Source of the DNA: Candidatus Obscuribacterales bacterium
GTDB lineage: Bacteria > Cyanobacteriota > Cyanobacteriia > Cyanobacteriales > Microcoleaceae
DNA length: 32,717 nucleotides
NCBI GenBank assembly: GCA_036703685.1
Contig: DATNRE010000666.1
Coordinates: 1 to 32,717, forward strand
Reading direction: 5' to 3'
Positions 1 through 9,080 of the stretch are shown piece by piece; the stretch's first letter is position 1; the number at the start of each line of letters is the position of its first letter. The translations under genes were made by a program, and so were the position numbers. The notes below the pieces were generated by a model. It was not told the DNA's origin, made no database searches, and was given only the letters and a program-made list of their open reading frames with translations.

Positions 1-1
1 T

Positions 2-223
2 CTAACATTGGCTGAATATCAACACTTTCATCAACTCAACCAAACCTATAAAGATAAATTTGGGTTTCCCTTTATTATTGCCGTTAAAAATCAGACCAAA
101 ACCAGTATTTTAGCTGCTTTTGAACAACGGTTAAATCATTCGATAGAGCAGGAAAAAATAACCGCCCTAGAAGAAATTTACAAAATCGCCCAATTTCGTC
201 TTTATGAAAAAACAGTTTGCTAA
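2..223 (+). CDS. uraD: OHCU decarboxylase, C-terminal part (5' end lies outside the window)
   Basis: LNQTYKDKFGFPFIIAVK...ILAAFEQRL...ALEEIYKIAQFRL is the characteristic OHCU decarboxylase C-terminus. The frame is open back to the window edge, and guaD lies nearby. Confidence 0.88.
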   Translation, partial: LTLAEYQHFHQLNQTYKDKFGFPFIIAVKNQTKTSILAAFEQRLNHSIEQEKITALEEIYKIAQFRLYEKTVC

Positions 224-254
224 CAGCCAGAATCCTACCCCGTATCCATCGGTA

Positions 255-282
255 GTAGGGGCAATCTCCCTGTGGTTGCCCC
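255..282 (+). repeat. GTAG-type REP-like hairpin
   Basis: GTAGGGGCAATCTCCCTGTGGTTGCCCC: GTAG followed by the GGGGCAA/TTGCCCC stem, a form of dispersed repeat common in cyanobacteria. Confidence 0.65.
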
Positions 283-514
283 CAAAGATTGTGTGGTTAG
301 TCCTAGCTATAATATTTAGTAGTAAAACCAGGGAGAAAACTATACTGACCATATTAGTTGCTGACAACGTGCTTCCGGGGGTGAGTTTAGACGATTAACT
401 GCTCGGATGGCTTCTCATCCAATTTGACCAAAACTGTCCTAAATTGATTCTCCAGTGGAAGAAAAACCCTGTAATGCAAGAAATCAAGAATACTAAAAAC
501 ACGGAGTTAATTAG

Positions 515-772
515 ATGAACAAAATTACCTTAGAAATTCCTGATCAATTAATGAATCTAATCCGAAATAAATCAGAATCTATAGAATCTATTTTACTCAA
601 AGCATTAGAGGATTATTTGGCTAAAGAATCTTTAGATATTACTAAAACTAAAACTTGGGAGCTTTGCGGTAGTTTAGAAATACCCAATCCTGAACCAGAA
701 TTTATTGTTAGTGAGCAAAACTCGGAATTATCCACTAACTACGCTGAAAAGATTGACCAAATTTTATATTAA
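515..772 (+). CDS. Putative antitoxin (RHH-like N-terminus)
   Basis: An acidic 85 aa ORF 9 nt upstream of a PIN toxin. The N-terminus KITLEIPDQLMNLIR...ILLKALEDYL has a ribbon-helix-helix-like pattern. Confidence 0.7.
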   Translation: MNKITLEIPDQLMNLIRNKSESIESILLKALEDYLAKESLDITKTKTWELCGSLEIPNPEPEFIVSEQNSELSTNYAEKIDQILY

Positions 773-781
773 AGTAGGATT

Positions 782-1198
782 ATGAATCAAGAAATAATTG
801 TTGATACATCAGCTTTAATTGCTTTTTTTGTTAAATCTGAAACTAACCATCAAATAGCCAAACAGTATGTATTAAACAATTATCATTATCGCTGGGTAAT
901 TTTAGAGACAGTTTTTGATGAAACTGTAACTTGGATTAGAACAAAAATTTCTAGTTCTGCTTCCATTAAAATTGGTCAAATCTTAAGAACTGAACATCGC
1001 TATATCACTATTTCTGATCAAGATGATCAAGCTGTTTGGGAAGCCTTTTGTAAATATGATGATAAAAAATGGAGTTATACAGATTGTTCTATTTTAGTAA
1101 TGGCAAATCGTCTCAATATTTTTGAAGTTTTTGCTTTTGATGAACATATATGCCAAATGAAAGGATTAGGGATTATTTGCCTTCCTAACCTCAAATAA
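782..1198 (+). CDS. vapC: PIN-domain VapC-family toxin
   Basis: IIVDTSALIA, VFDETVT, SYTDCS and FAFDEH supply the acidic PIN tetrad; 138 aa. Confidence 0.88.
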   Translation: MNQEIIVDTSALIAFFVKSETNHQIAKQYVLNNYHYRWVILETVFDETVTWIRTKISSSASIKIGQILRTEHRYITISDQDDQAVWEAFCKYDDKKWSYTDCSILVMANRLNIFEVFAFDEHICQMKGLGIICLPNLK

Positions 1199-1281
1199 AT
1201 AGTTTTAATATCACACAATCAACAGAATTATTAATACTGATATTAAACAACCAGGGGACGTAAACTTAAAAACAAAGGTAA

Positions 1282-1290
1282 TGCTATAAT
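1282..1290 (+). promoter_or_regulatory. Extended -10 element upstream of guaD
   Basis: TGCTATAAT (TGn + TATAAT), ending 47 nt before the guaD ATG. Confidence 0.5.
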
Positions 1291-1337
1291 CACAGTTTAA
1301 ATACACAACAGCTTACTAACCTAAAATCCCCTCACTG

Positions 1338-2663
1338 ATGACCCACATAAAACTATTTCGCTCATCATTTTTAGACTTTATTGATGATCCTTTTTATGAA
1401 TCTGAAGAAACCAGCGTTCGTTATCTTGCCGATGGATTATTAGTTGTAGAATCTGGAATAATTATAGACTTCGATGATTATAACATTTTAAAAGACAAAT
1501 ATCAAGGGTTTACAATTACCCATTATCCTAATTTATTAATATTACCAGGATTTATTGATACCCATATTCATTTCCCCCAAACTGAAATGATTGCTTCCTA
1601 TGGAGAACAACTCTTAGAATGGTTAAATCAATATACATTTCCCACAGAACGTAAATTTAGTAGTAAAGAATATGCTCAACAAATCGCGTCATTTTTCCTA
1701 GATGAATTACTTAAAAATGGAACCACAACCGCCTTGGTTTTTGCCACGGTTTTCCCCCAGTCCGTTGATGCTTTCTTTGAAGAAGCCTATCGCCGAAATT
1801 TACGCATGATTTCGGGTAAAGTGATGATGGATAGTCATGCACCGGATTATTTAAAAGATACTCCCGAAACCTCATATCAAGATACTAAAAGATTAATTAA
1901 AACTTGGCATAAAAAAGGACGTTTACTCTATGCTATTACGCCTCGTTTTGCCATAACTTCTAGTCCTGAACAGTTAAAAATAGCCGGACAATTATTAATA
2001 GAATTTCCCGATGTTTATTTACAAACCCATCTCTCGGAAAATCTCCAAGAAGTTGAATTTGTCGCTGGACTTTTCCCCGAAGCTCCCCACTATTTAGGGG
2101 TTTATGACCAAGCGGGTTTAGTCGGAGAACGTTCAATTTTTGCCCATAGTATTCATTTAACAGAAGCTGAATTTAAGCGTTTATCTGAGGCTAAATCAGC
2201 GATCGCATTTTGTCCAACTTCTAATTTATTCCTCGGAAGTGGACTGTTTAAACTCCATCAAGCTAAGTCTAAAACCCATCCCATTAAAGTTGGTTTAGGA
2301 ACTGATATTGGAGCCGGAACCAGTTTTTCCCTCCTGCAAACCGCCAAGGTAGCCTACAAAATTGCTCAACTACAAAATCAAATTCTTTCGCCTTTTCAAT
2401 CCTTATTTTTAGCCACATTAGGAGGTGCAAAAGCCTTAAACTTAGAGGATAAAATCGGTAATTTTAATATCGGTAAAGAAGCAGATTTTATTGTTTTAGA
2501 CTATAATTCTACACCTTTAATAAAATTCAGAAATCAACAAATTTCTGAAACACAAACCCGGTTAAAAATTGCCGAAACAGTCTTTAGTTTAATCATATTA
2601 GGGGATGATCGAGCCATTCAAGCCACCTATATTATGGGAGAGAGGGCATATTCAAAAGAATAG
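1338..2663 (+). CDS. guaD: Guanine deaminase
   Basis: PGFIDTHIHFPQTEMIASYGEQLLEWLNQYTFPTE, YAITPRFA, QTHLSEN, FCPTSNLFLGSG and GTDIGAG motifs. Confidence 0.95.
   Translation: MTHIKLFRSSFLDFIDDPFYESEETSVRYLADGLLVVESGIIIDFDDYNILKDKYQGFTITHYPNLLILPGFIDTHIHFPQTEMIASYGEQLLEWLNQYTFPTERKFSSKEYAQQIASFFLDELLKNGTTTALVFATVFPQSVDAFFEEAYRRNLRMISGKVMMDSHAPDYLKDTPETSYQDTKRLIKTWHKKGRLLYAITPRFAITSSPEQLKIAGQLLIEFPDVYLQTHLSENLQEVEFVAGLFPEAPHYLGVYDQAGLVGERSIFAHSIHLTEAEFKRLSEAKSAIAFCPTSNLFLGSGLFKLHQAKSKTHPIKVGLGTDIGAGTSFSLLQTAKVAYKIAQLQNQILSPFQSLFLATLGGAKALNLEDKIGNFNIGKEADFIVLDYNSTPLIKFRNQQISETQTRLKIAETVFSLIILGDDRAIQATYIMGERAYSKE
2201..2204. other. GATC core of the first HIP1 octamer (GCGATCGC, 2199-2206); at least 11 copies in the window
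   Basis: Octamers start at 2199, 10180, 15208, 18495, 22070, 22844, 27801, 29853, 29893, 30297 and 32275 (counted by eye). Confidence 0.9.
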
Positions 2664-2698
2664 GATAAAATAGAATTAATAGACTGACAAATTCTAAT

Positions 2699-3358
2699 AT
2701 GACTCCTATCGCTATTGTTACGACTCCCGGTGATACCCTGAATGTGCGTTCTACTCCTAATGGTGAAGTTGTTGATATTTTGAACGATGGAACCCAGGTT
2801 GAAATTAGTGGAGATTCTGTTAATATTGAGAATGAAATCTGGACACCCATCGGCATAAATCGTTGGGTGGCTGGGAAATACTTAATGGTTATTGATGCTG
2901 AAATTTTAGCCATTCCCGGCGCTAAAATTATATCCACACAAACTGAAGAACAAATTGGAGGAGGTTTACAAGTTTATCAAACTAAATTAATTGATAATAC
3001 AGGCAAAATTATTAATACCGTGCGCTGTGTTTCGGGTCGCATTGGCAAACAAATTCCTTCGGATGAAACCGGAACCCAAACCCCTTTACCCTTTGGAATT
3101 TATACCTTTGATGCTCCGGGGATCGTGGAAGATGCACCCGGAGAATTTGGTGGGGTTTGGTCAGCAATTACACCGACTTTTCCCACAGAAAGAGTCGGGT
3201 TAGGCGTACATTATGATCCCTCGGCTTTGTTATATGTTTCTGAAACGGGAACATCGGGATGTTTAGCCACACCGACAATAGAAGAACGAGAGATAATGAC
3301 AACCTTTATTCTCGAATATCAACCCACCCATTTAATTGTTAAGAAACCAGAAAGTTAA
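2699..3358 (+). CDS. SH3b domain + L,D-transpeptidase (YkuD)-like domain protein
   Basis: N-terminal LNVRSTPNGEVVDILNDGTQV...W (SH3b). C-terminal TPLPFGIY and GLGVH...GTSGCL carry a YkuD-like His/Cys pair. Confidence 0.7.
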   Translation: MTPIAIVTTPGDTLNVRSTPNGEVVDILNDGTQVEISGDSVNIENEIWTPIGINRWVAGKYLMVIDAEILAIPGAKIISTQTEEQIGGGLQVYQTKLIDNTGKIINTVRCVSGRIGKQIPSDETGTQTPLPFGIYTFDAPGIVEDAPGEFGGVWSAITPTFPTERVGLGVHYDPSALLYVSETGTSGCLATPTIEEREIMTTFILEYQPTHLIVKKPES

Positions 3359-3882
3359 GATTGAAATTGTTTTAAACGGGCTAGATTTTTCTCGAAGATC
3401 TGAATATCTAAGTTTTCGTTTTCTGGTTCAGATACAGAACGTTTAACTTGACCTAAATAGAGAGGTTGAGACAGGTTTTTATCGGGGTGAACCAGGGTTC
3501 TGACGCGAATTAAGAGCGGTGCTTGAAATTTTCCTCCCCGTCCAGAGGAATATAAATCCGAGGCAGCTTGACGTAAGGTGGCGTCTAATTCAGTTTTGGT
3601 AATCTCGGGGGCAACCGCAATTACAATCTGTCTACTGCCATCATCAAATACCCGACTATAGCGCGCCGCCCCGGGAACTTGAACATGATGAAATAAACCC
3701 AAACTTAGACCAAAAACTCCACCGGTTAAAACTCCTGTAAAGGCTGTAATTCCAACTAACCTAAACCGAATACCCCATTTAAAAATAAATGAGAATACGG
3801 TAATGATAGCCAGAACTAAAGTAGCAATTCCGATCCATTTAGCAAAATTTAGCAATTCTGCGGTTGAGAATGAGAAGTCCAT
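3355..3882 (-). CDS. ycf51: Ycf51 family protein (DUF2518)
   Basis: Two N-terminal transmembrane segments, WGIRFRLVGIT, VPGAARYSRVFDDG and LDATLRQAASDLYSSGR. Confidence 0.85.
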   Translation of the reverse strand: MDFSFSTAELLNFAKWIGIATLVLAIITVFSFIFKWGIRFRLVGITAFTGVLTGGVFGLSLGLFHHVQVPGAARYSRVFDDGSRQIVIAVAPEITKTELDATLRQAASDLYSSGRGGKFQAPLLIRVRTLVHPDKNLSQPLYLGQVKRSVSEPENENLDIQIFEKNLARLKQFQS

Positions 3883-4022
3883 AACAGATAGGAAAGAAAC
3901 AACATCTAAACTTCTAGCTTAATCTTAAAAGGGTGACTTTGCATATTAATATTGACTATAATTAACCCTCAAATAACGTTAGTGGTTAGATCTCCAAACT
4001 TTCTTGAGGGTTATACTTAGAA

Positions 4023-4805
4023 TTAGACTTTCGGAGGAAGTGGGGGTTTTTGTGTAGGTGGAACACTCAAATTTTGAACAAATGGCAATAAATCCGAGGG
4101 AAGCACAACAATCGTTGTTGTATTATTTTCTACCCCAATTTCCGAGAGCATTTGTAACCGTCTTAACTCCAGGGCGGCAGGATTTGCCATAATTAATTGA
4201 GAGGCTTCTGCTAACTTAATTGAGGCTTCCTGTTCCGCTTCTGCTTTAATTAAACGGGAACGTTTTTCTCGCACGGCTTCCGCTACTTTTGCCATAGCTC
4301 GTTGCATGGAGGTGGGAATTTCCACATCTTTCATTTCCACGGCTTCAATGACAATTCCCCAAGGTTCTGTCATCTCATCTACAAGTTCTTGAATTTTCTG
4401 ATTAATTTTATCTCGATTTTGTAAAACATCATCCAAAATATTCTGACCAATTACATTTCGCAGGGTTGTTAAGGCAGCTTGATACACTGCTTTTTGATAA
4501 CTTTCTACCTTAACAATTGCCTTAGTCGGATCAACTAAACGGTAATAAAGAACGGCATTTACTCGAATGGTTACACTATCAGATGTGATGGTTTCTTGCG
4601 GTTCAATATCAACGGTTTTGGTTCTAACATCCACTTGAACTTTTTGATCAATGGCGGGAATAATCCAATATAAACCCGGCCCTTTAATCGCTTGAATTCG
4701 TCCTAATCTAAAAATAACTCCCCGTTGATATTCCCGATCTAATTTAAACCCACTAATGGTTAAATAAGCCAGTACAAGAAAGAAAGAGCCAAAGACATAA
4801 TTCAT
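4023..4805 (-). CDS. Stomatin-like SPFH/band 7 protein
   Basis: EYQRGVIFRLGR, GPGL, VDVRT, TTLRNVIG, PWGIVIEAVEMKDV, MQRAMA and PAALELRRLQ. Confidence 0.92.
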   Translation of the reverse strand: MNYVFGSFFLVLAYLTISGFKLDREYQRGVIFRLGRIQAIKGPGLYWIIPAIDQKVQVDVRTKTVDIEPQETITSDSVTIRVNAVLYYRLVDPTKAIVKVESYQKAVYQAALTTLRNVIGQNILDDVLQNRDKINQKIQELVDEMTEPWGIVIEAVEMKDVEIPTSMQRAMAKVAEAVREKRSRLIKAEAEQEASIKLAEASQLIMANPAALELRRLQMLSEIGVENNTTTIVVLPSDLLPFVQNLSVPPTQKPPLPPKV

Positions 4806-4959
4806 GGTTTTTTGATCTCCAATCTTAACTCTATTATAAATAGTGCTATAGGTTAAGCCTAATTTCTTAATATTATTTTATGATTAGGGGAGTTAATTTT
4901 TATGATACAATTTCACATCAGTTTGGTAATTTTTGGGATAATCCCGAATTAAAAATTTT

Positions 4960-6225
4960 ATGAATCCTTCGTCCTCAGAATCATCACCTGCTGTTTCCAA
5001 CTCCGTTGATGCTTTATTAAGCCTGCGAGGAATTGCCTGTTTAGTCGTTGTATTATTCCATTGTAGTATTTCACGGGAATTAATTATTTATCCCCCCTAT
5101 GATTTTTCTTGGTTACTATTAGGAGATGGGATTGTTGCCGTCTGGATATTTTTTGCCCTTTCAGGATATTTAATGGGAAAAGCCTTTTATACCTATCGCT
5201 ATTTACCCACGGTATCGGGATATAAAGCGTTTTTTATGAATCGAGTTTTAAGGATTTGTCCTCTCTATTACTTTTCCGTATTAATCACTGCTATTTTCGT
5301 TTATCCTGAAATTTTAAAAGCAGAAAAATGGTTTGAATTATTCAGAATTCTAACTTTTACCTATACCTTCCCTTTGCCTTTATCCCCCAATCATCCCGAT
5401 TTTAACTTTAATCCGGTGATTTGGTCATTATCAACGGAAGTCCAATTTTATCTGATTGTGCCGTTTTTATATACCGCATTTAGACCGCTTCTAGTCAGTC
5501 GGACTAAAATTTTAATCACCGCCCTAGTAATGATTGGGATTACATCAATCTGTCGAGGTTTTGCCCTACTATTCTTCCCCCATCATACCTCTCTTATTCT
5601 CAGTTTAGATGTATTTCTATCCGGTTTTTTACTGAATGCTTGGTTTCAGTGTAAACCCCGGAAAAATATGCAGAATTCAATTTTCCTTCCCCTGAAAAAA
5701 CAGTTTAAAAACTTCATCTCTTTAAAAGCTATTGCTATTTTTATCATGGTCGGTTTATACCTACTTTCAGCCTATCATGGCTACCATCAAGAATTATGGA
5801 ATGCTCCGACTCGTCCAGCCACATTAATGCAGAGAAGTCTATTTATTACCCCCTTTAGTTATTATGTTATGCCCGTAATTACTGGCATTTGTACAACATT
5901 TTTTATCTATGCTTTTGAACGCAATGGTGAGTATAATAATGAGATTAAAAATAAAAAATTATCCTTTGAAACCTGTCTGGAAAATCCAGTAAGAGTGTTA
6001 GAAATTATGGGGGTATTATCCTATGGAATTTATTTATGGCATTACCATATCATTCAAAATATAGCCCCCATTGTTCAAGTTACTGACCCCTTAACCACGT
6101 TTTTTCATAAACTTTCTGTGGTGTTGGTTTTATCCATTATTTTATCGGCTGTTACTTATTATTTGGTGGAAGTTCCCTATGCCAAACGAAAAAAATATGG
6201 TGTAATAGGGAACAGGGAACAGTAA
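4960..6225 (+). CDS. Acyltransferase-3 (OafA-like) membrane O-acyltransferase
   Basis: LRGIACLVVVLFH, IFFALSGYLM, RVLRICPLY, WSLSTEVQFY, GVLSYGIYLWH and TYYLVEVP. Confidence 0.9.
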   Translation: MNPSSSESSPAVSNSVDALLSLRGIACLVVVLFHCSISRELIIYPPYDFSWLLLGDGIVAVWIFFALSGYLMGKAFYTYRYLPTVSGYKAFFMNRVLRICPLYYFSVLITAIFVYPEILKAEKWFELFRILTFTYTFPLPLSPNHPDFNFNPVIWSLSTEVQFYLIVPFLYTAFRPLLVSRTKILITALVMIGITSICRGFALLFFPHHTSLILSLDVFLSGFLLNAWFQCKPRKNMQNSIFLPLKKQFKNFISLKAIAIFIMVGLYLLSAYHGYHQELWNAPTRPATLMQRSLFITPFSYYVMPVITGICTTFFIYAFERNGEYNNEIKNKKLSFETCLENPVRVLEIMGVLSYGIYLWHYHIIQNIAPIVQVTDPLTTFFHKLSVVLVLSIILSAVTYYLVEVPYAKRKKYGVIGNREQ

Positions 6226-6250
6226 GTTTTGACTAGGTTACAGTAACATA

Positions 6251-6283
6251 ACTGATAACTGATCACTGATCACTGATAACTGA
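6251..6283. repeat. Heptamer tandem repeat (ACTGATM) x ~4.7
   Basis: actgata actgatc actgatc actgata actga, between convergent genes. Confidence 0.85.
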
Positions 6284-6302
6284 AAAAGCCCATTACCCAT
6301 TT

Positions 6303-7574
6303 TTAAGGCAAACCATACCAACTTTGTAATGCTAATCGATGGACTTCTAACCAACTTACTTTATACTCTTTAGCAAGTTTGGCACAGTCTTCATATTCCG
6401 GTTGAACATTGGTGATTTTTTTCCCCGAAAAACCAACTTTAACTCTAACTGCACCATATTGAGTTTCAACTGTTTGAATATCCCGTTTCAAAATACTACG
6501 ATTTTGTAGGGTATGACGAATGCCTAACGTTGTGGTTTCTCGAAATAATATAGCTTCACAAACTTGACGGTGTTCAGGGTGACAAATAACCGTTAATAAT
6601 ACTCCTAAACGGGATTTTTTCATGGTAATAGGTTGGCTAAAAACATCAATAGCCCCCGCTTGAAATAACAATTCAAAAGTATAGGCAATCACTTGAGGGC
6701 TTAAATCATCAATTTGAGTTTGGAGTACAGAAATAGTTTCGGCAATCGTTTGAATTTCTGTATTAACTGTTGAAAAAATATCAGAATCTAAAGATTGATG
6801 TTGTTCGCCCACCCATAGTCTTAAAATATTAGGAATCGGTAAATCCCTAGACCCTGCACCTAATCCAATAGTTTGAATCGATAAAGCCGGAGGTTCTCCA
6901 AAACTTTGAGCTAAAGTTACCGCAATTGCTGCTCCCGTTGGTGTCACTAATTCCCGTTCAATTCCATTACTAAAAATCGGAACTTTTCCCATTTCAAATA
7001 ACTTTAAAACCGCCGGAGCCGGCACAGGTAATTGACCATGAGCCGCCCAAACGGTTCCCCCGCCCGTGGGTAATGTCGAACAATAAAATTGTTCAATATT
7101 TAACCAATCTAAACCTAAACAAGTCCCGACAATATCCACAATTGCATCCGTGGCTCCGACTTCATGAAAATGCACTTCTTCAACGGGAATACCATGAACA
7201 TCTGCTTCTGCTTGGGCTAACTTGCGAAAAATAGCTAAACTCCAAATTTCCACCTGTTGAGGCAATTTAGCTTGTATAATAATCGCTTCAATTTGTGATA
7301 AATGCCGGGTAGCACTAGAATGATGTTCATGTTCATGTTCATGTTTATGATCATGAACATCGGAGTTTTGTTGAGTTAAATTAACAGAAACTTTTGTGGC
7401 TAACTGCCCTTGGCGACGCACAGGTTCGGCTTTTAAATCATATTCTGCACTAATTCCCAGTAACTGCAACTTTTCTTTTAAATAATCCAGAGGAACACCC
7501 GCATGAACTAATGCCCCCAGACACATATCGCCGGAAATTCCTGTCGGACATTGAAAATAAGCAATCTTAGCCAT
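6303..7574 (-). CDS. larC: Nickel-pincer cofactor biosynthesis nickel insertase LarC
   Basis: GISGDMCLGAL, His-rich HDHKHEHEHEHH, VHFHEVGATDAIVDI, AHGQLPVPAPA, ELVTPTGAA, MKKSR, ETTTLGIR and PEYED. Confidence 0.93.
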   Translation of the reverse strand: MAKIAYFQCPTGISGDMCLGALVHAGVPLDYLKEKLQLLGISAEYDLKAEPVRRQGQLATKVSVNLTQQNSDVHDHKHEHEHEHHSSATRHLSQIEAIIIQAKLPQQVEIWSLAIFRKLAQAEADVHGIPVEEVHFHEVGATDAIVDIVGTCLGLDWLNIEQFYCSTLPTGGGTVWAAHGQLPVPAPAVLKLFEMGKVPIFSNGIERELVTPTGAAIAVTLAQSFGEPPALSIQTIGLGAGSRDLPIPNILRLWVGEQHQSLDSDIFSTVNTEIQTIAETISVLQTQIDDLSPQVIAYTFELLFQAGAIDVFSQPITMKKSRLGVLLTVICHPEHRQVCEAILFRETTTLGIRHTLQNRSILKRDIQTVETQYGAVRVKVGFSGKKITNVQPEYEDCAKLAKEYKVSWLEVHRLALQSWYGLP

Positions 7575-7636
7575 AGTTTGTCGTGAGTCTGCTAATCTTA
7601 AAATAAAATTTGTTTTCTAAAATACAATCTATTACC

Positions 7637-8302
7637 ATGGCAATTCTATACGAAATTCATCCCCAAAACCCTCAAGAACGCATTCTCGAAAAAATCAAAA
7701 ATGACCTCAAGGATGGGGCGGTGATGCTGTATCCGACCGATACGGTCTATGCCATTGGTTGTGATTTAACCGTGAAGTCAGCCATTGAACGAGTCCGACG
7801 CATCAAACAACTGTCTAATGATAAACCCCTAACTTTCCTGTGTTCTTCCCTATCTAATATTACCGATTATGCCATTGTCGGTGACTCTGCCTACCGTTTA
7901 ATTAAGCGGTTAATTCCCGGGACATACACTTTTTTATTACCTGCAACTAAATTAGTTCCTAAATTAGTCATGTCTCCCAAACGAAAAACCACCGGTATTC
8001 GTGTCCCGAATCATCAAGGTTGTTTGTCCATTCTTAAAACTTTAGGCAATCCGATTATTTCAACTTCTGCCCATATTACCACAGAAGAAGAAGGTCAAGC
8101 CCCGATTGCTTTACCCATAGAACATGAAGTTGATAAAGCCAGATTATATGATAGTTTAGGCAAATTAGTTGATATTATTGTGGATGATACCTCAGACCCA
8201 GGATATCATGTTTCAACCATTATTGATCTAACAACTGATCAACCTATTATTATTAGAAAAGGTCAAGGATGGGAAGAAGTAGAAGAATGGTTTCAAGAAT
8301 AA
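7637..8302 (+). CDS. Sua5/YciO/YrdC family protein (YciO-like)
   Basis: IHPQNPQER, YPTDTVYAIGC, PGTYTFLLPATK, KRKTTGIRVP and IISTSA. The ATG at 7637 is preferred to the TTG at 7610. Confidence 0.9.
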   Translation: MAILYEIHPQNPQERILEKIKNDLKDGAVMLYPTDTVYAIGCDLTVKSAIERVRRIKQLSNDKPLTFLCSSLSNITDYAIVGDSAYRLIKRLIPGTYTFLLPATKLVPKLVMSPKRKTTGIRVPNHQGCLSILKTLGNPIISTSAHITTEEEGQAPIALPIEHEVDKARLYDSLGKLVDIIVDDTSDPGYHVSTIIDLTTDQPIIIRKGQGWEEVEEWFQE

Positions 8303-8332
8303 TTATAGCTATGGCAATTCTATTTGATGAAA

Positions 8333-8458
8333 AGGGAACAGGGAACAGGGAACAGGGAATAGGGAATAGGGAATAGGGAATAGGGAATAGGGAATAGGGA
8401 ATAGGGAATAGGGAATAGGGAATAGGGAATGGGGAATAGGGAATAGGGAATGGGAAAT
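8333..8458. repeat. STRR-type heptamer tandem array (AGGGAAY) x18
   Basis: 3x AGGGAAC, then AGGGAAT units with two variants (GGGGAAT, GGGAAAT). Confidence 0.95.
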
Positions 8459-8472
8459 AATGATCATACCAA

Positions 8473-8497
8473 AAATCCCCCTTTTAAGGAGGATTTA
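8473..8497. terminator. Imperfect hairpin between convergent genes (possible terminator or dispersed repeat)
   Basis: AAATCCCCCTT TT AAGGAGGATTT, with one mismatch. Confidence 0.45.
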
Positions 8498-8512
8498 GGT
8501 AATTTTATTTTC

Positions 8513-8806
8513 TTATGAATTATAACGTTTTTCTAACCAAATTCTAACTTCCTGCTCCGTATCAAAGCGAGCTTGATCACCCGTAACCGGATCATAAGTC
8601 TGCCAGATTATATTTCCCTCAGCATCTTTTTTTTGCCAGATTTTAGGTTCAGTTTGGGAAGCTAAGGCGTTCACAAATATTGCTGTAATACTTTGGAGAC
8701 GATGAAGAATATTTTGCCCAAGACTCAACCCTTTATCCTGATAACTAGGCAATACGGTCAACGACGTGTGTAGCGTTGCTAATGATGAACTTCTGGTCAT
8801 TTTCAT
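8513..8806 (-). CDS. Conserved-looking small hypothetical protein divergent from the MocR regulator
   Basis: C-terminal EPKIWQKKD-GNIIWQTYDPVTG-F-TEQEVRIWLEKRY looks like a folded domain. The ATG at 8806 is preceded by GAGGTG. Confidence 0.75.
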   Translation of the reverse strand: MKMTRSSSLATLHTSLTVLPSYQDKGLSLGQNILHRLQSITAIFVNALASQTEPKIWQKKDAEGNIIWQTYDPVTGDQARFDTEQEVRIWLEKRYNS

Positions 8807-9026
8807 CCGAGTCACCTCACTAAAAATGGATGGTGAGTTATCCCAAAATCAAACAAACACCGATGACAAACTGGGGTGTTTGGTTTCAGTACACTTCACC
8901 GAAAAAACCTGATTTTGTCCCCTTCAATTTTGGCTTAATTTTTACTGGGGAAAACTGATATTGTTCTACTTGTATTGTTGCGGTTTTTATCTCACCCGTA
9001 CAGATGCAGTTATACTAAATTGTAAC

Positions 9027-9080
9027 CATAACAGTTTTATTGATCTAAACTGTTATGCTAGGATGAACCCTCAACTGTTA
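9027..9080. promoter_or_regulatory. Candidate operator of the MocR regulator
   Basis: Perfect 11-bp inverted repeat CATAACAGTTT-N9-AAACTGTTATG (9027-9057), plus a third half-site AACTGTTA (9073-9080). Confidence 0.65.

Noticed and set aside
167-398. ORFs 167-367(-) and 204-398(+)
   Set aside because: They overlap uraD and a REP-like hairpin and have no recognisable motif.
290-514. Unexplained intergenic DNA as a possible gene remnant
   Set aside because: Manual translation gave stop-interrupted frames with no recognisable family.
1260-1273. GTA-N8-AAC NtcA-like box upstream of guaD
   Set aside because: It has one mismatch and lies only 11 nt from the -10, not the usual ~22 nt of NtcA-activated promoters.
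7637-8323. 13-bp direct repeat ATGGCAATTCTAT at the start of the YciO-like gene and just after its stop (8311)
   Set aside because: The match is real, but it brackets a housekeeping-type gene with no mobility features. Probably chance or part of a repeat flank.
8333-8458. Tandem array as a possible CRISPR
   Set aside because: 7-nt units with no spacers and no cas genes.
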